In this document: positions 50,058-63,553 of the stretch, piece after piece
Numbering within the stretch: position 1 is the first letter of the stretch
Layout of the letters: the number at the start of each line of letters is the position of its first letter
Assembly (NCBI GenBank): GCA_043228905.1
Contig: JBHGNT010000014.1
Coordinates: 15,810,001 to 15,874,000 of the forward strand
Origin: Azolla caroliniana
Lineage: Eukaryota > Plantae > Polypodiophyta
Direction: 5' to 3'
DNA: 64,000 nt
The notes under the pieces: model-generated
Database searches by the model: none
What the model was told of the DNA's origin: nothing
What the model saw: only the letters and a program-made list of their open reading frames with translations
Position numbers and translations under genes: made by a program

Positions 50058-52254
50058 GTCTTTATCTTGCTTGCTCTGTGGTAACAGGCTGATATATACA
50101 TACATATATCACATCTCTACATGTTTGATCTTCAGAATTGAGTTATCCAGTAACACGACGATGAGGTGTGCTGCTGATCAAACATAGCACATTGATCATC
50201 AGACTCCTCCTGGATAATCCATGGCAGGGAACAGAGCATTTGGACCTCCAAATTGTTGTGTGTATCATAGGTGTTTCTCGAAATCCAATGGGCATTCTTG
50301 AAGGATGGATTGGATTGGATTGGATTGGATCGGATCGGATCAGGTCAATCCAACGGAGGGAACAGGGCATGGACCTCGAAACCCCGACTTGCTTCTCGAA
50401 AGACAAGACAAATGTGCACCATTCTTTGAAGGACCGATCCACCGATCGGACGGGCGATCCACAAACCCATTTGGGCAACCGCAAGTAACCGACATAACTA
50501 CCTTCTCCAGTGGTTTTCATGCATAGTCGCCTACCATGCCATTTATTTGGGAAATGGTCCGGCCGCAAATTTGTACGAAGTTCAATATCGCCGATCATTA
50601 CCTTTGTTGTGAGAATTCTAACGTGTTCCCTCAACCGGAAACTCTCTCCAATCAAGACCCAAATATGTAATTGTGTAGGTATGCTCTAATGGATTTCGAG
50701 GCCTTTATGAGAAATTAGATTGAATAAATATTGATAGTATATGGACACCTTGTAAAGGCCAAATAGCTATATGATATGTTGTGATTAGTTTTGGGCATCA
50801 ATTAAAAAAGAATGATTATTGTTCTTATGTGAACGAAATTGAACATGAAAGTATGGTTGCTAATATTTCACTGTTATGAGTAATGCAATACCAGAAATCA
50901 TTTGAAGCATCTGAGAAATATTTCTACATTAATGTGAAGATGAATGTTTCACATTGTCATCAAACAAACTCCTACTTACCTTATAAGTGTTACCAGTATA
51001 TCTATCAATCAATCAACATTTAGTGTTGCATTAGTCTTTTGTAATTTCATGTTGTGAAGTTTCAATTCATCCCAACATACATAGCAAACTAGAATTCTAT
51101 TTTTTCCAATCTCAAGAGATAATATTTTTTCATGAAACTCATAACAAAGTTATCAATTATTGCATTTGGTTATATTTGTTTATGCCACTTATACAACGCA
51201 TGAACTATTCCAAGTGTTGAACATCAAACCCATGTTGGCTTGTTACTAAAATACAGTCCAAATAAGGTGAACATGTGAAGCCCACACTAAGAATTAAAAC
51301 TAAATGATGATCAATATATATTAATATCCATGGATTGCCACCATGACACATGTCATTCCTCTTTAACCTTACCATTTCCAATTTCGAGACGCCCTATGAA
51401 ACCATAAGCTATCAATCTGAAAACAATAGAACCCTATCCTTCACCTATCTTCAAGCAGTTCAAGGGTTTCATCAGATTATGCTATTCATACTAGTATTCT
51501 CTTTTCTTGCATTTTCTTGGAGTGTTTCAAGGTTACCTCTTTGAATCGATATTTGTTTGCAATGCATTTGCAAACACACCTGCCTGTAAACATTGTGAAT
51601 GGAAAGATAAAAACACGTAAAATAAGCACTTCGATAAAAATCTAGGGGATGAAAGGAAAGAAACCAATTTCAACTTTGCCCATCTACTATTGTTGATTCA
51701 AGAGTAATATAAAATATAAGAAGGATATATCACTTCAAGAAAATTTCCAAAAGGACCTCAGGTAATTGAGAAAAAATGAATTGGCATCACATTGTCTAAA
51801 GAGCATTTCGAGTTCTAATAAAGTCGAAACAAGGATGAGCATTGAATGAATCCATTTGACAACACATGCAACAAAAATCTATTACCTTTAAGCATTAAGA
51901 CAGGTTGACATAATTAGTGTCAAGATTGCTGACTGTAATTGTTCATTTCATGTAGGCTAATTTTCCACTGAGCAACAATACATGCTTGCCATGAGATAAT
52001 AATCACCACATGCAATGAGATGAAATAGAGCAATTTTTCATCTCTTTCAATTAAAATCTCAAGTATACAAAATCTTTTATAATATTTGTATATGGCATGA
52101 TTAATCTAACATGACCGCTTGTAAACTAATTGCCCTAAACCTCAAAACAAGGATTGAGGTGGAAAATTAGTATCCCAATTTATGAAGAAAACCCATCAGA
52201 ACTGCACTGAAAGAGGTTAATAATGGGAGCAGTAGACCAACAATCCACCTGCTT

Positions 52255-55200
52255 TCAGTAATATCTAGGACCTTGAAGGTCATAAGTAGAATCCATGTGA
52301 CCACCATGATAAGATGGATACATAGATGTATCCCTCTGCAAAAACATCAGATCAATAAATCCACCTTAGCAAGCACATAATCATTACACGTAAATTATAA
52401 AACAAAACCTCAGGGACATAGGTTGCTGTATCTAGAAGCATTGTGTTATAATCGTCATAAGCTGATGTAGTCCCAACCTTCCCAACTCCACCTGAATTCT
52501 CAATCAGTTCCATTTTTACTATATGTATGAGAGAGATATGTAAGAAACACATATAACACACTTACTTCCACCACCATAGTAAGGTTCTGCTAAGCCTGTC
52601 CTCCCTTGCCTAACACTGGGCCCACTCGGAGACCTAAGACAATACAAAAGAAAACAAAATGACTAGATTTAAATTGGCGTCCAAAACTTAGGAATATGCT
52701 CTTCGAGAAAGCAAATGAACAACATATCACACCTTACAAAGCCTGAATATTGGAAAAGTGTCTCTGGCAAGGGACCAGAAGCTGCATAGTCAACTCTAGC
52801 CCTAGGATATGCTCTTCGGTTAGAACTGTAATAGCTAGAATCCTCATCCTAGAGAGGGAAACACAAAAATGATTCAAATATGACCAGTTTAGACTTTTAA
52901 AATGATTCAGAAGGAGCAATATATACTTGAAAGACATGAAATATTATCATTGTCAAATGCCCCTACATACCCAAACTGAAGCTGGTCTCCTCATTCCAAG
53001 GGCTGACTCACCATAATCGTGGACATTACCAGCACCTTCTCGTCCATATATGTGAGGCCCCGCATCATCATATGGAGAAACATAATGGTCTATGCGAACA
53101 GATCTACTGCTAGGAGATGGATCTCGCTGATGAAAATGCTGAGATTTGTAATCATCCCTGGCAGCACCGGGCCCTGGCATCCTTCCTCTCAATGCACCAC
53201 TATCAGAAAAATGGTTACTGTGCACGCGAGTAACATCTTGTTCCCTATGTCTGAAGGGTTTAGCACTGCCACTTCGTCTATCATTATATGATTTACTCTC
53301 CCTGTTCCTAGAGTGAGCACCTCTTGTAGGGCCTTTCCCATATTGAGACCCTATATGCATCAACTATAATGGTTAGATGTCTAAAATCTGGCAGCACCCC
53401 TCACTAGTTAGTGGCAGTATGAATAATATTATCACCTCTGCCTCTTGCATTTGAAGCCCAAGAGCCTTGTTCTTCCCTCAAAGTTCTGACTAGCATGAGA
53501 ACGTCTTCCTCATCATCTAAACGTTTCCCTCCGTATCCTGGTCTACCATTATTCCAATCAAACCCTCTACCACCTCTTTTTGAGCCAAAACGTGGGGCCC
53601 TCGACCAACCTTATAAAGGGTTAGAGACACATCTTAGCATAAATCATTTATTCATTTATTACTTATTACTTTTTGGTCAACGGCCAACCTTCAACCCTGG
53701 TCAACTGTCCTCTACTCTGACCAGCATAATCTCTATGTGTACTCCATTGTTCACCTCTATTTTTATGCATGCGCCTTGTGAAAGACACTTTTACCTTTAC
53801 CTGAAACAAAAATTGGAAATACATCCCAAGTCGCACTGGTAGTCTTTAGAAACTATGTTCATTTCAAATTACCTTCCTATCTTCATCCAGAAGCTCTAAT
53901 TCTTGGCAGGCTTCAACACACGCCGATGCACTCTCTGGATTCACAAAATTAACAAAGGCAAAGTCTTTCCTTTTGGCAGATGCAATATCACGCGCGAAAA
54001 TAGTGCGCTCAATTTCACCAAATCTGCCAAAGTTTTGCTTTACATTATCATCTGTCCAATTTGATGGGATACCATCCACAAAGACAGATTTCACCTTCAC
54101 AAAAAGCAGAAAGGCAAAGAGATTTTACACTTGCTTCCTGAGAAGTTTTCCGGAAAATAGTTTATAATAGAGCAAATTAGACCTCTGAGTTGACAGAGAT
54201 AGGCTCATTTAAGGGCTGGGCCCATGATATCCTAGAAGGCCTGTCATGGCCAAACTGAACGCCTGGCTTTTGCAAGCGTTGAAAGGCATTTACAGCATCA
54301 TAGTGTGTAGCCAACTCCAAAAATGCATACCCTCGGTTCAATGCTTCATTATGAGGATCAGCTATTAAAGTTAAGTCTTCGATACCATCAATTCCATACT
54401 CCTGGAGTTTTTGAAACACCTGAAATCAAAGAGATGACAATGATTCTTTTAGGGAAATCAACAATCATCATTGTTCACCATCAAGAAGACGTGAGTTTTT
54501 TTAACCTCTGAAGATTTCCAATCTCTTGATATGTTACCGATAAACAAGGTGTCATTATCTTGATTCGGAAGCACACCACATTCTTTACCACGTATCTGAA
54601 CACATGAGAAGGGACATGATGAAAAGTTTAAGCATAAGTTGACTTTACCAAGGAATGTACAAATTTGAGAAGGCTGGAGCTGGACAAAAATCTTTAATGT
54701 AACTGTGCATGTATTCATCTAAAATAAGAAAAAAATCAATGTACAAGCCACGTTTAAGGTTGAGCATTCATCTACCTTTGTCACAGCAAATTCAGTCAAG
54801 GCTCTAGCAGCCTGATCAGCACTACCGAACCGAACAAATGCATATCCTTTGTTTTTCCCAGTTACTGGATTTATCATCAATCGCACTTCAACAACATCCC
54901 CCAATGATTTGAATGCATGCCTCACATCAGCTTCTGTTGCATCTTTGTCAAGTCCACCAACAAAAACCTCTAACCTTTTTCTCTTCTGCCTTTCTGCAAT
55001 AGGCCTTGTTTGGGCAGTGTATTCTTCTCTACCCCGCCCATCCTCTTCCTGCTCCTCTTCTTCTTCATCGTTTTCATCCGGATCAAACTCATCAACTTCA
55101 CATTGGAATCCCTCAGCAGCAACATCTATCATTAGTGCCTCTTCAGACTCACCTTCAACAAACTTTTCCTCTTGCTTCTTATGATCAATTTCATGATGTG

Positions 55201-55816
55201 GCTTTTCATGCTCAGCCTCTATACCCTTACTTGTAAGGATACTACTTCCCGCTCTTCCGTCTGAATTCGGCTCGTTCCTTTGTATAGAGGATTTGCCGTC
55301 TTCGATGCCACCTCTATCCTTGGCAGGTGATTTATTTTTTTTGCTTTCTTGAGGTGAGCTAATCAACGTGGTAGTTCCCTTATCAAGAGTTTTCTCAGTG
55401 GTTGAATCCAAAGCAACAGCTTCCTTTGAGACATTATTCTCAGTGATGGAATCAGTGCGAGTTGATTGCTTTGTAGCATTCTCGATGATCACATCAGACT
55501 GATTTTCAACACTGGAAATCCCAACAGATGCAGAAAGGGCAACAGCTTTAGCTTTTTTCCGAACAACTATTGTTTTCTTTACTATTATAATTTTCTTCTT
55601 CCGCTTGGGCGCATCTGCTTGTATACTATCAAAATTGCTTCTTTCATCTTCATTCTTCCAATCCATGTTTAAGGTTTCCGGGTGCTTCAACAGACAAGTT
55701 TGAGCATGTATAACATCTTTTGCAGGTGCTATTGCAGTCGATAAGGTTTTGGATGGAGAATTTGTTTTAGCAACAGATTCTTTCTTAACTATTTTCTTCA
55801 CAGCTGGGGCCTTCAT
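52255..55816 (-). CDS. Three-RRM RNA-binding protein (hnRNP Q/R-like) with a Lys-rich/acidic N-terminus. Exons 55816-54776, 54595-54506, 54419-54183, 54094-53873, 53800-53689, 53609-53436; later exons approximate (~53360-52980, ~52634-52566, ~52336-52255)
   Basis: EVFVGGLDKDA..NKGYAFVRF, DTLFIGNI..NRGYAFLEL, VKSVFVDG..RKDFAFVNF; Gly/Arg/Tyr-rich tail ending GPRYY-stop. The 3' exon boundaries are less certain. Confidence 0.85.
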
Positions 55817-56377
55817 AATCTGTGAATAAAAAGGGGTTCCTACATCAGTGTTTTCATTCTACACCAATGGGTATGTTCTGATCTCATAACTCCATAGGTA
55901 TTCCGGAATCCTTTCAAGTCAAGGTAAGATGTTATCCCTGTGATGGAGATGCAAACAACCCTGACAGAGTCTAAACAGCCTGAGGATGCAACACACACAC
56001 ACACACACACATACCCTTTATTATATCCACCAAGGAGAAGATGAGAGCTTGGCTGCCTCCTTCCAACAGCATCAGAAAGAGAAGTTATTTTCAAAGAATT
56101 AGGGCTCTTTCCATCTCCTCCTCTGTACCTCTAGGCTCTGAAAGAAAAAAACAGGGCACCTCAGTAAGCTGGGGCAAAGCTAAATTAGTTAGCTACACAT
56201 GAGGGAGGGGAGGCAGAGGATTCATGGTTTATATTTTTTGTGTCTAAAGTGTCTGTGTGTGTAGTATGTACATATTGTTTCATGGTGTTGTGTCACGGAT
56301 CGGTCATTTGATGAGTGTGCTCGAGGTAATCTTGTGCTCGGCATTTTGTATGTGATTGAGGCTCCGTGTGAACTTTG

Positions 56378-56428
<51 letters not shown>

Positions 56429-57344
56429 TTGGAATCTCATTAATTTCTGTGAGATGGTGCTTGAACTACATACATTGTCACAATCGCGTCGTGTAGTTGT
56501 AGATCCCTTCATTGTGGGGTTTCCCAATGTTGCTCTAGGTCACATGTCTTGTCCTCCAAATAAACGTAAAGTCCAAACTCTCATGAAGGATATGTGGTTG
56601 TGGTTGTGGTTGTGGTTGTGTATGTGTATGTATGGATGTATGTATGTATGCATCTCTATGAGCCCAAAGCAACACATCATTCTAATCTTTGAAGTTTGGC
56701 CCATGACTCGATCGTTCTATGAGCCCACTTGTCTTATTACTAAAGGTTACCATTGAGACTTTGAGTGCACATTGTGAGTGATAGAGATTGGATCGAGTTG
56801 ACGATGTGGGGAAAGCAATTTTGCTCACAACCAAAGGTGAAGCATTGCGATAGAGTGTGATCCTTAAATTATGTTTTTAGAATAAAATATCCACAAACAA
56901 CAAGTCCCCTCACGTGCGTTCTAATATCTCACCTCAATGAAGGAGAGTGCAGTGATGGATGTAATTGTGTGTATGGTGAATAAAGGGGATGAGCTCTATG
57001 TGCGCCAATATGATTTGCCCATTCAAAGATGGAAATGGTTTTATGGTTTGGTGTTGTGTGCGTAATATCAAGTGTAAAATGTAAGCCTTCTTATTTCTTC
57101 TAAATCGTGTGCATCAACATTGCAAAGAAGCCTCATTCATTAAGGAATCTATTAAGGCACCATAAGTGCAAGTTTCAAGTCCAGAATCTCTCTTTTTAAA
57201 AGAAATTATACATATACCACTAGAAATAATTATCATAGCCATTCAATAAAAAATTTCTTATAGATGTATACAACTGGATCATTGTGTGCAAGTTAAAGCA
57301 CGAGCAATACGTGGTGAAATGCTCTTAGCACTTAGTGCATGTGA

Positions 57345-57821
57345 GACTGTTACGAGCATGACCATATAATATCCCGTGGTGAGAATTTACCGTAGTATTC
57401 TATACACGTGGATAAGTGTGAGGGTTAAACGAGAGTGTAAAGAAGGGGAGGATTACTTTTAAATCCTCGGGATTGAGACAACCCATTAGGCCAAGTGTGA
57501 ACATGGCTGGGGGCCTTGGGTATCGCTATAAATAGAGGCCTAGCTACCCTCATTTCATCATCTTGTTGACTACGTCGAGACTCTGTCTTGTGGTGGGTCA
57601 ACTCTTGTAGCGAGCGCGCTAGCACCAGGTACGACTCGACGCCACGGTGATGGTATGGGACACCGATCGAGGCTCGAGTCCGTCTCGATCCCTTCACTTG
57701 GGAGTGGTCAGGTGGATCGGCACCCTTCTTTCTCTCTCTCCTTTCTATCTATTTTCTATCCTTATCTCATGCTTACATTAGTCTATGTCTCTAATAGAGA
57801 CCCTAAATAAAGGGTACATCA
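57345..57821 (+). mobile_element. Possible solo LTR
   Basis: GC-richer island with CTATAAATAG, a CT-rich tract and AATAAA; TGT.. start and ..CA end. No TSD found. Confidence 0.35.
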
Positions 57822-58297
57822 TCTTATGTGTGTTTGGGGAGGGAGAGAGAAAAACATTGAGTATCTTATGAGTGGGGAAGAATAAAAGAGCAACATGGCT
57901 CACAAATTCTTGAGAGGGTTTAAGTCCAATCACACTTTTTCCCATTTGAGTATGTTCTATGTGGTGTATTGGGTTTGTTTAATCTAATCTAATGTAAATG
58001 TTATAACTTAATGCTTTAGTATATATGTATGTATATGTATATATAGAAAATCATAAGTCGTTCAAAATTTTCTCATGGTCCTTTGGTGGAGGTTATACAA
58101 TTGATCCTAAAGTTTGCAAGCTTGAGACCTCGCTCAACAAGAATATTTTTTATAAATTATCTTTATGTTGCTTGATCAAAACTTGCATATACATGCTCAA
58201 TGCTTGTTTATACGTGTGCGATGCATACTTCATGACAATGTGTTGTGTGTTCCAAACCATTTCTTAATTTGCATCAATCCAAAATGTGATATATTAT

Positions 58298-58683
58298 TGT
58301 TGTGTGCCTCTCAAACTTGTTTACTAGGTTCCTATGCGATATAGGATGTCCATGTAAGGGTTTTTATTTTTAACCTTTGAGCATGTACTCCACTACCCAC
58401 TCTGTGATCTCAATGGGAAGTGATATACTCTCGATAAGCACGAGAATGTATGACATTTGTATGTTGAATTACAAAAATTTAATAAACGTGTTGTGTGCCT
58501 CTCAAACTTGTTTACTAGGTTCCTATGCGATATAGGATGTCTGTGTAAGGGTTTTTATTTTTAACCTTTGAGCATGTACTCCACTACCCACTCCGTGATC
58601 TCAATGGGAAGTGATATACTCTCGATAAGCACGAGAATGTATGACATTTGTATGTTGAATTACAAAAATTTAATAAACGTGTT
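58298..58683. repeat. Tandem duplication, 191-bp unit x2
   Basis: TGTTGTGTGCCTCTCAAAC starts at 58298 and 58489; ~3 substitutions; TGTT microhomology at the end. Confidence 0.92.
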
Positions 58684-59520
58684 CAGACATTTCCAAGACA
58701 CCTTCCAAGTGAGTTTAGAGATGTTGTCGACCCACATTTAACCACATTGGGAAACACTAGTGTCACTGAAGTGTCAATGACGAATTTCTTGAGCACCCAA
58801 CAATTGATTTCTTCTACATTGCATGTGACCTCCAATACGTAGTAAACTTTCTTTCTTGATTAGAGATTAGGTAACGATGCCCTCACAACGTAAAGTTTTA
58901 GAGCTATTAACATTCAACCTACTACACATTCAAAAGGTTTTGGCCAAAAACTTTACACTGTAGTTATATTCATTGGAGTAACTTTTTTCATGCCTTATTT
59001 TTTTAACATAGTGGTTTTCTTCTGATACATCTACACATAAACCATCCTTGTTTAACACAGAGTTGTGTATGGGATTCCACCTCCCAAGTCATACATCATA
59101 CCACATTCTCATAGATGCAAGAAATTACAAACATATATCCATAATTCTCTTTAGTTTTGCGTCCATTTCTAATCTAAATAACTTAGCATTAACTAGAGAA
59201 TCAAACATGGTTGTTTCACAACTATTTATATTATTTTCAATTCCACCTTATGAAAATATTTGATATAATTTGTAATCTAGTAGTGAGGCGTGCATGCTAA
59301 TAACTATTATGCATCTTGCTCGATATTGTTAGAGATCCCCACGAATCAATTCGAACTCTAGCCTCTATCCTTCTGTTGGTCGTGGGAGTTACAATAAAGG
59401 TTTTAATGATCATATGGCTTGAACGAAAGGTGTCTATGGGGGTACAACAACATATTGAACCGTAATAACATATCTCCTATCCAAATAGTCTCATTCTCCC
59501 ATCCATTGGAGTAACTTCGA

Positions 59521-59967
59521 TATTGATACTTAAAAGATATATTGCCTTAATAGTGTACGATTTCTCAAACCCATTGCATGTACAACCTATATGGTAAAAG
59601 AAGCGACTCTTTGCGAAGAAAACTTTAATTATAGAAGCAACTTTCCATATTGCTTCATCTCTGTTTCATCCATAGAAGTTCAACCATACATGTGTGTATC
59701 CTCTTGTAACTTTGAGATATGTGGCAAGTTTGTATACGTATGTTGATACTTTGAAGATATATTGCATCGACGTTAGATGATTTCTCAAACCCAATGCATG
59801 TATATTGTCTATAGTAAAAGAACACAACTATTTGTGATGAACACTTTGCACTTTAATGATAGAAGAAACTTTCCATATTGCTCCATCTCATTTTCATCCA
59901 TAGAAGTTCAACCACACATGTGTGTATCCCCCTTGCAACTTCGAGATATGTGGCAAGTTTGTATACT
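59521..59967. repeat. Older diverged tandem duplication, ~220-bp unit x2
   Basis: TTGATACTT..AAGATATATTGC and TTTCATCCATAGAAGTTCAACCA..TGTGGCAAGTTTGTATAC each occur twice. Confidence 0.8.
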
Positions 59968-60409
59968 TGCTTTTAAGGCAATAACCTCTCCTTTGGCTTT
60001 GCATTGGGCAATCCATCCTATAGAGAGAGGGGAAAAGTTAATCATTATTCAAACCAACAAAAGAAATTTGAAATTTGATTTAGTGTAAGTACCAACCCTT
60101 ATCTCATAGTACTTATTATGCTCCATGTCATTGAGAAGAGACACATACTCTCTTGGTAATTTCTTCTTAATTACACATTTTAGCCATCCTTATCCTCTTT
60201 ATAGCCTTCAAATCATTTCCCATACGATCCAATAGTTTGCATTATAATGATCTAAACCTTGAATCCTTCGAGTACCATTCTCCGAAGCTTTAACAAGAAG
60301 CATCTATATGATGTATATCCATTAGCTCAGCCAAACCAATTCCATTTACGATTCAAAAAACATGATCGTAGAAGTCACAAGTTAGTAGTTCCATAGGTTT
60401 GTCCCTAAA

Positions 60410-61077
60410 CCAATCCTAATAAACAAAGTGAAAATAAATAAATAAGTAATAGATAGAAAAATAGACAAAGAAATAATTAGATAAAAAAATCTTAAACAAA
60501 GCGAAAAAGGATAAATAAATAAACAGTACTTAAATAAATAAATAAATACACAATAAATAGATAAATAGACAAAGAAATAATTAGATAAAGAGAATAGATA
60601 AACAAATAGCTTAATAGTACTAAATAAATAAATAAATAAATACACAAAGAAATTATTAGATAAAGAGAATAGTTAAACAAATAGCTAAATAGTACTTAAA
60701 TAAATAAATAAATAAATAATAGATAAATAGACAAAGAAATAATTAGATAACGAGAATAGATAAACAAATAGCTAAACAGTACTTAAATAAATAAATAAAT
60801 AAATAAAAGATAAATAGACAAAGAGAATAGATAAACAAATAGCTAAATAGTACTTAAATAAATAAATAAATAAATAGACAAAGAAATAATTAGATAAAGA
60901 GAATAGATAAACAAATAGCTAAATAGTACTTAAATAAATAAATAAATAGACGAAGAAATAGATAAACAAATAGCTAAATAGTACTTAAATAAATAAATAA
61001 ATAGACAAAGAAATAATTATGTAGATAAAGAGAATAGATAAACAAATAGCTAAATAGTACTTAAATAAACAAACTCA

Positions 61078-61136
<59 letters not shown>

Positions 61137-61137
61137 A
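60410..61137. repeat. A-rich minisatellite (~60-75-bp unit, AGACAAAGAAATAATTAGATAAAGAGAATAGATAAACAAATAGCTAAATAGTACTT(AAAT)n) ending in (AAAT)n
   Basis: About 9-10 degenerate units are directly visible. Confidence 0.9.
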
Positions 61138-61174
61138 ATGCAGAGAGAAGAAAGTGAAACAGAGTGTAGGAAAA

Positions 61175-63553
61175 ATGAAGACTCAGGAAATCTCTTCTTC
61201 TTCTTCTTCTTCTCCTTCTTCTTCTTCAGCGCCACAGAGAAGGAAGAAGAGGAAGGATGCAGGTCGGAGGAGCAGGGGTAGCTGTGTCTACGACTCCACC
61301 GTTGGGATTACCTGCCACTTCTGCCGTCAGAAAACCGTTGACAAGAAGGTGTGGTGCAACAAATGTGTTTCAGCCTTTTGCAGAAGATGTCTCAGGACTC
61401 GGCATGGAGAAGACCTCGATGTCGAGCTCCTCTATGGCCGCTGGATTTGCCCTAAATGCAGGGGAGGATGTGGCCCTGCCTGCAAGAACTGGTTCTCTGT
61501 TTCTTGTTATGATAATTTTCTCCCTTTAAAAAGTAACCTCGTGAATAAGTTCTGTGACTTGCTTGTGTTAAACAAACTGTAGTGAATATTTGCTTCGTTT
61601 ATGTGTTATGAATTACTTTACCAGTGGATTCATCCTATCGCTGTTCATATTTATTTATTCATATTTTTCTATTTTGCTATCAATGCTGTACCAGTGGTCA
61701 TATCCTGTACTGCTTTATGTATTTATTCATATTTTTCTATCAATACAGTTGCAACTGTGGACCCTGTCGTGCAAAAGATGGGTTATTGCCACCAAAAATA
61801 TTGGTTTCCGAGTTAAGTGCTTCAGGCTTCGACAATGTGCATGACTACTTGATCCATTTGAAAACAAAGGAATCTCCACAAGACATAAGTGCAAGAAAAT
61901 CAGGAAGAGGATGGTGTAAGTCACATTTCAAAGGAATAGACCAGACAAAGAGTTCACCAGCATGCCATGATCAAGACATAGGCAATGAACCTGGCATGCA
62001 TAGTAGTCTCAATATAAGCAATCCAATGGGTTTAAAAGATTTAAATGTGACAAATAGTCTGTTGTTTTCCCACAATGAAGTCATTGGCAGTGGACTTTGC
62101 ATGAATAATAGTGCCACCAAAAGCAGTCCAATGGGTTTGAAAGATATAAGTGCGTCAAGGAGTAGGATGCCTTCTCACAATCAAGACATTAGCAGTGGAT
62201 TTTGCATGAATAATAGTGCCACCAAAAACACCCCAATTGTCTTGAAAGATATAAGTATGACAAAGAGTCACTTTTCTTTTCACAATCGAGACATTGGTGG
62301 CGATTTTACCAAGAGTAATTTAAGGGATTTGAAAGGAATAGATGCTGGTGTGCATAATAAGGCTACCAAAAGCAATCCAATGGGGTTGAATGCAATGGAT
62401 GTGGCAAAGAGTTTGATGAAAGATAACAATAATGACAATGCCACCACAAGCAGTCAAATGGTATTGAAAGGACTAGATATGACTGAGAGTTTGATGGCAT
62501 TCCATGATCAAGCCACAGGTAACAACTGTAGCATGTATAATAGTCTCACCAAAGATGTTGGTGTGCATAATAAAGCCACCAAAAGCAATACAGTATGTTT
62601 AAAAGCAATAGATTTGGCAAATAGTTTGATGAAATATGAGCACCAAGACAAGGGTTACAACTCTGAAATGTGTAGCAATGCTAACAAAAGCAGTCAAATA
62701 GGCTTGAAAGGACTAGATAAGGCCGACAGTTTGATGGAATTCCATGATCGAGCCAGGGATGATGACTCTAGCATGTATAGTAGTTCCACCAAAGATGTTG
62801 GCGTGTATAATAATGCCAGCAAAAGCAATCCAATGGTTTTGAAAGCAATAGAAGTAGCAAGGAGTTCGATGAAATATCACAATCAAGAGAAGGGCTACAA
62901 CACTGAAATATATAGCAATGCTAGAAAAAGCAGTGAAATGAGCTTGAAAGGACTAGATATAATCGAGAGTTTGATGGCATTCCATGATCGAGCCAAGGGT
63001 AATGACTCTAACATGTATAGTTGTACCAAAAGCATTAACCTAATGTGTGATCATAAAAGTAAAGTAAAAACAGAGGTGTTGATGGAGTCTGAAGTAGAAC
63101 ATGATGCGTGCCATGTGTCTTGTGCAAGACAAAAAATTTCCAAAGTTAACGGTGAAATGCACATTGTAACAGCTGAAGCGAAAAGATCAAAGGTTCAACC
63201 TGATTTTGATGACACAAGAAGTTTAGAACCCTTACAGAATGATGATCATGGTTATGACTCTAGGACATGTGGTGCTACCATGGAAAGCAGTCTGAGTGAT
63301 AGAGGTATAGATAAAATAAGAACAGGCAGAAAAGAATCAGTCTTAAGGGTGCCGATATGTTTTCATTCAAGGAAAGCTTTTGAATATAATCTTAAAGCCA
63401 TTCTTTCAGCTCCATTCAATGCCATTGAGCTAAGAGATAAATGGGAAAATGTAAGATGCCGCAGAATGGTCTGCAAGAGTGTGGAGACAGGAGTAGGGAC
63501 ATCTGATTTGCCAACAAAAAGACTGGGTCTCTCTTACATTGACTACTATCCAG
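61175..63553 (+). CDS. zf-4CXXC_R1 (CDCA7-like zinc finger) protein with internal ~35-aa repeats, partial. Exons 61175-61491 and 61749-63553; probably continues to the right
   Basis: VYDSTVGITCHFCRQKT..CNKC..FCRRCLRTRHGE..WICPKCRG..NC|CNCGPCRAKDGLLP, joined by a GT-AG intron 61492-61748; ends LGLSYIDYYP followed by a CAG|GT donor. Confidence 0.85.

Noticed and set aside
51583-52248. Putative 3' UTR intron of the RRM gene as an NMD autoregulation signal
   Set aside because: The donor is only ~6 nt after the predicted stop, too close for the 50-nt rule, and the intron is unverified.
60382-61235. Minus-strand hydrophobic ORFs (YLFIYLF...)
   Set aside because: Translation of the (AAAT)n minisatellite.
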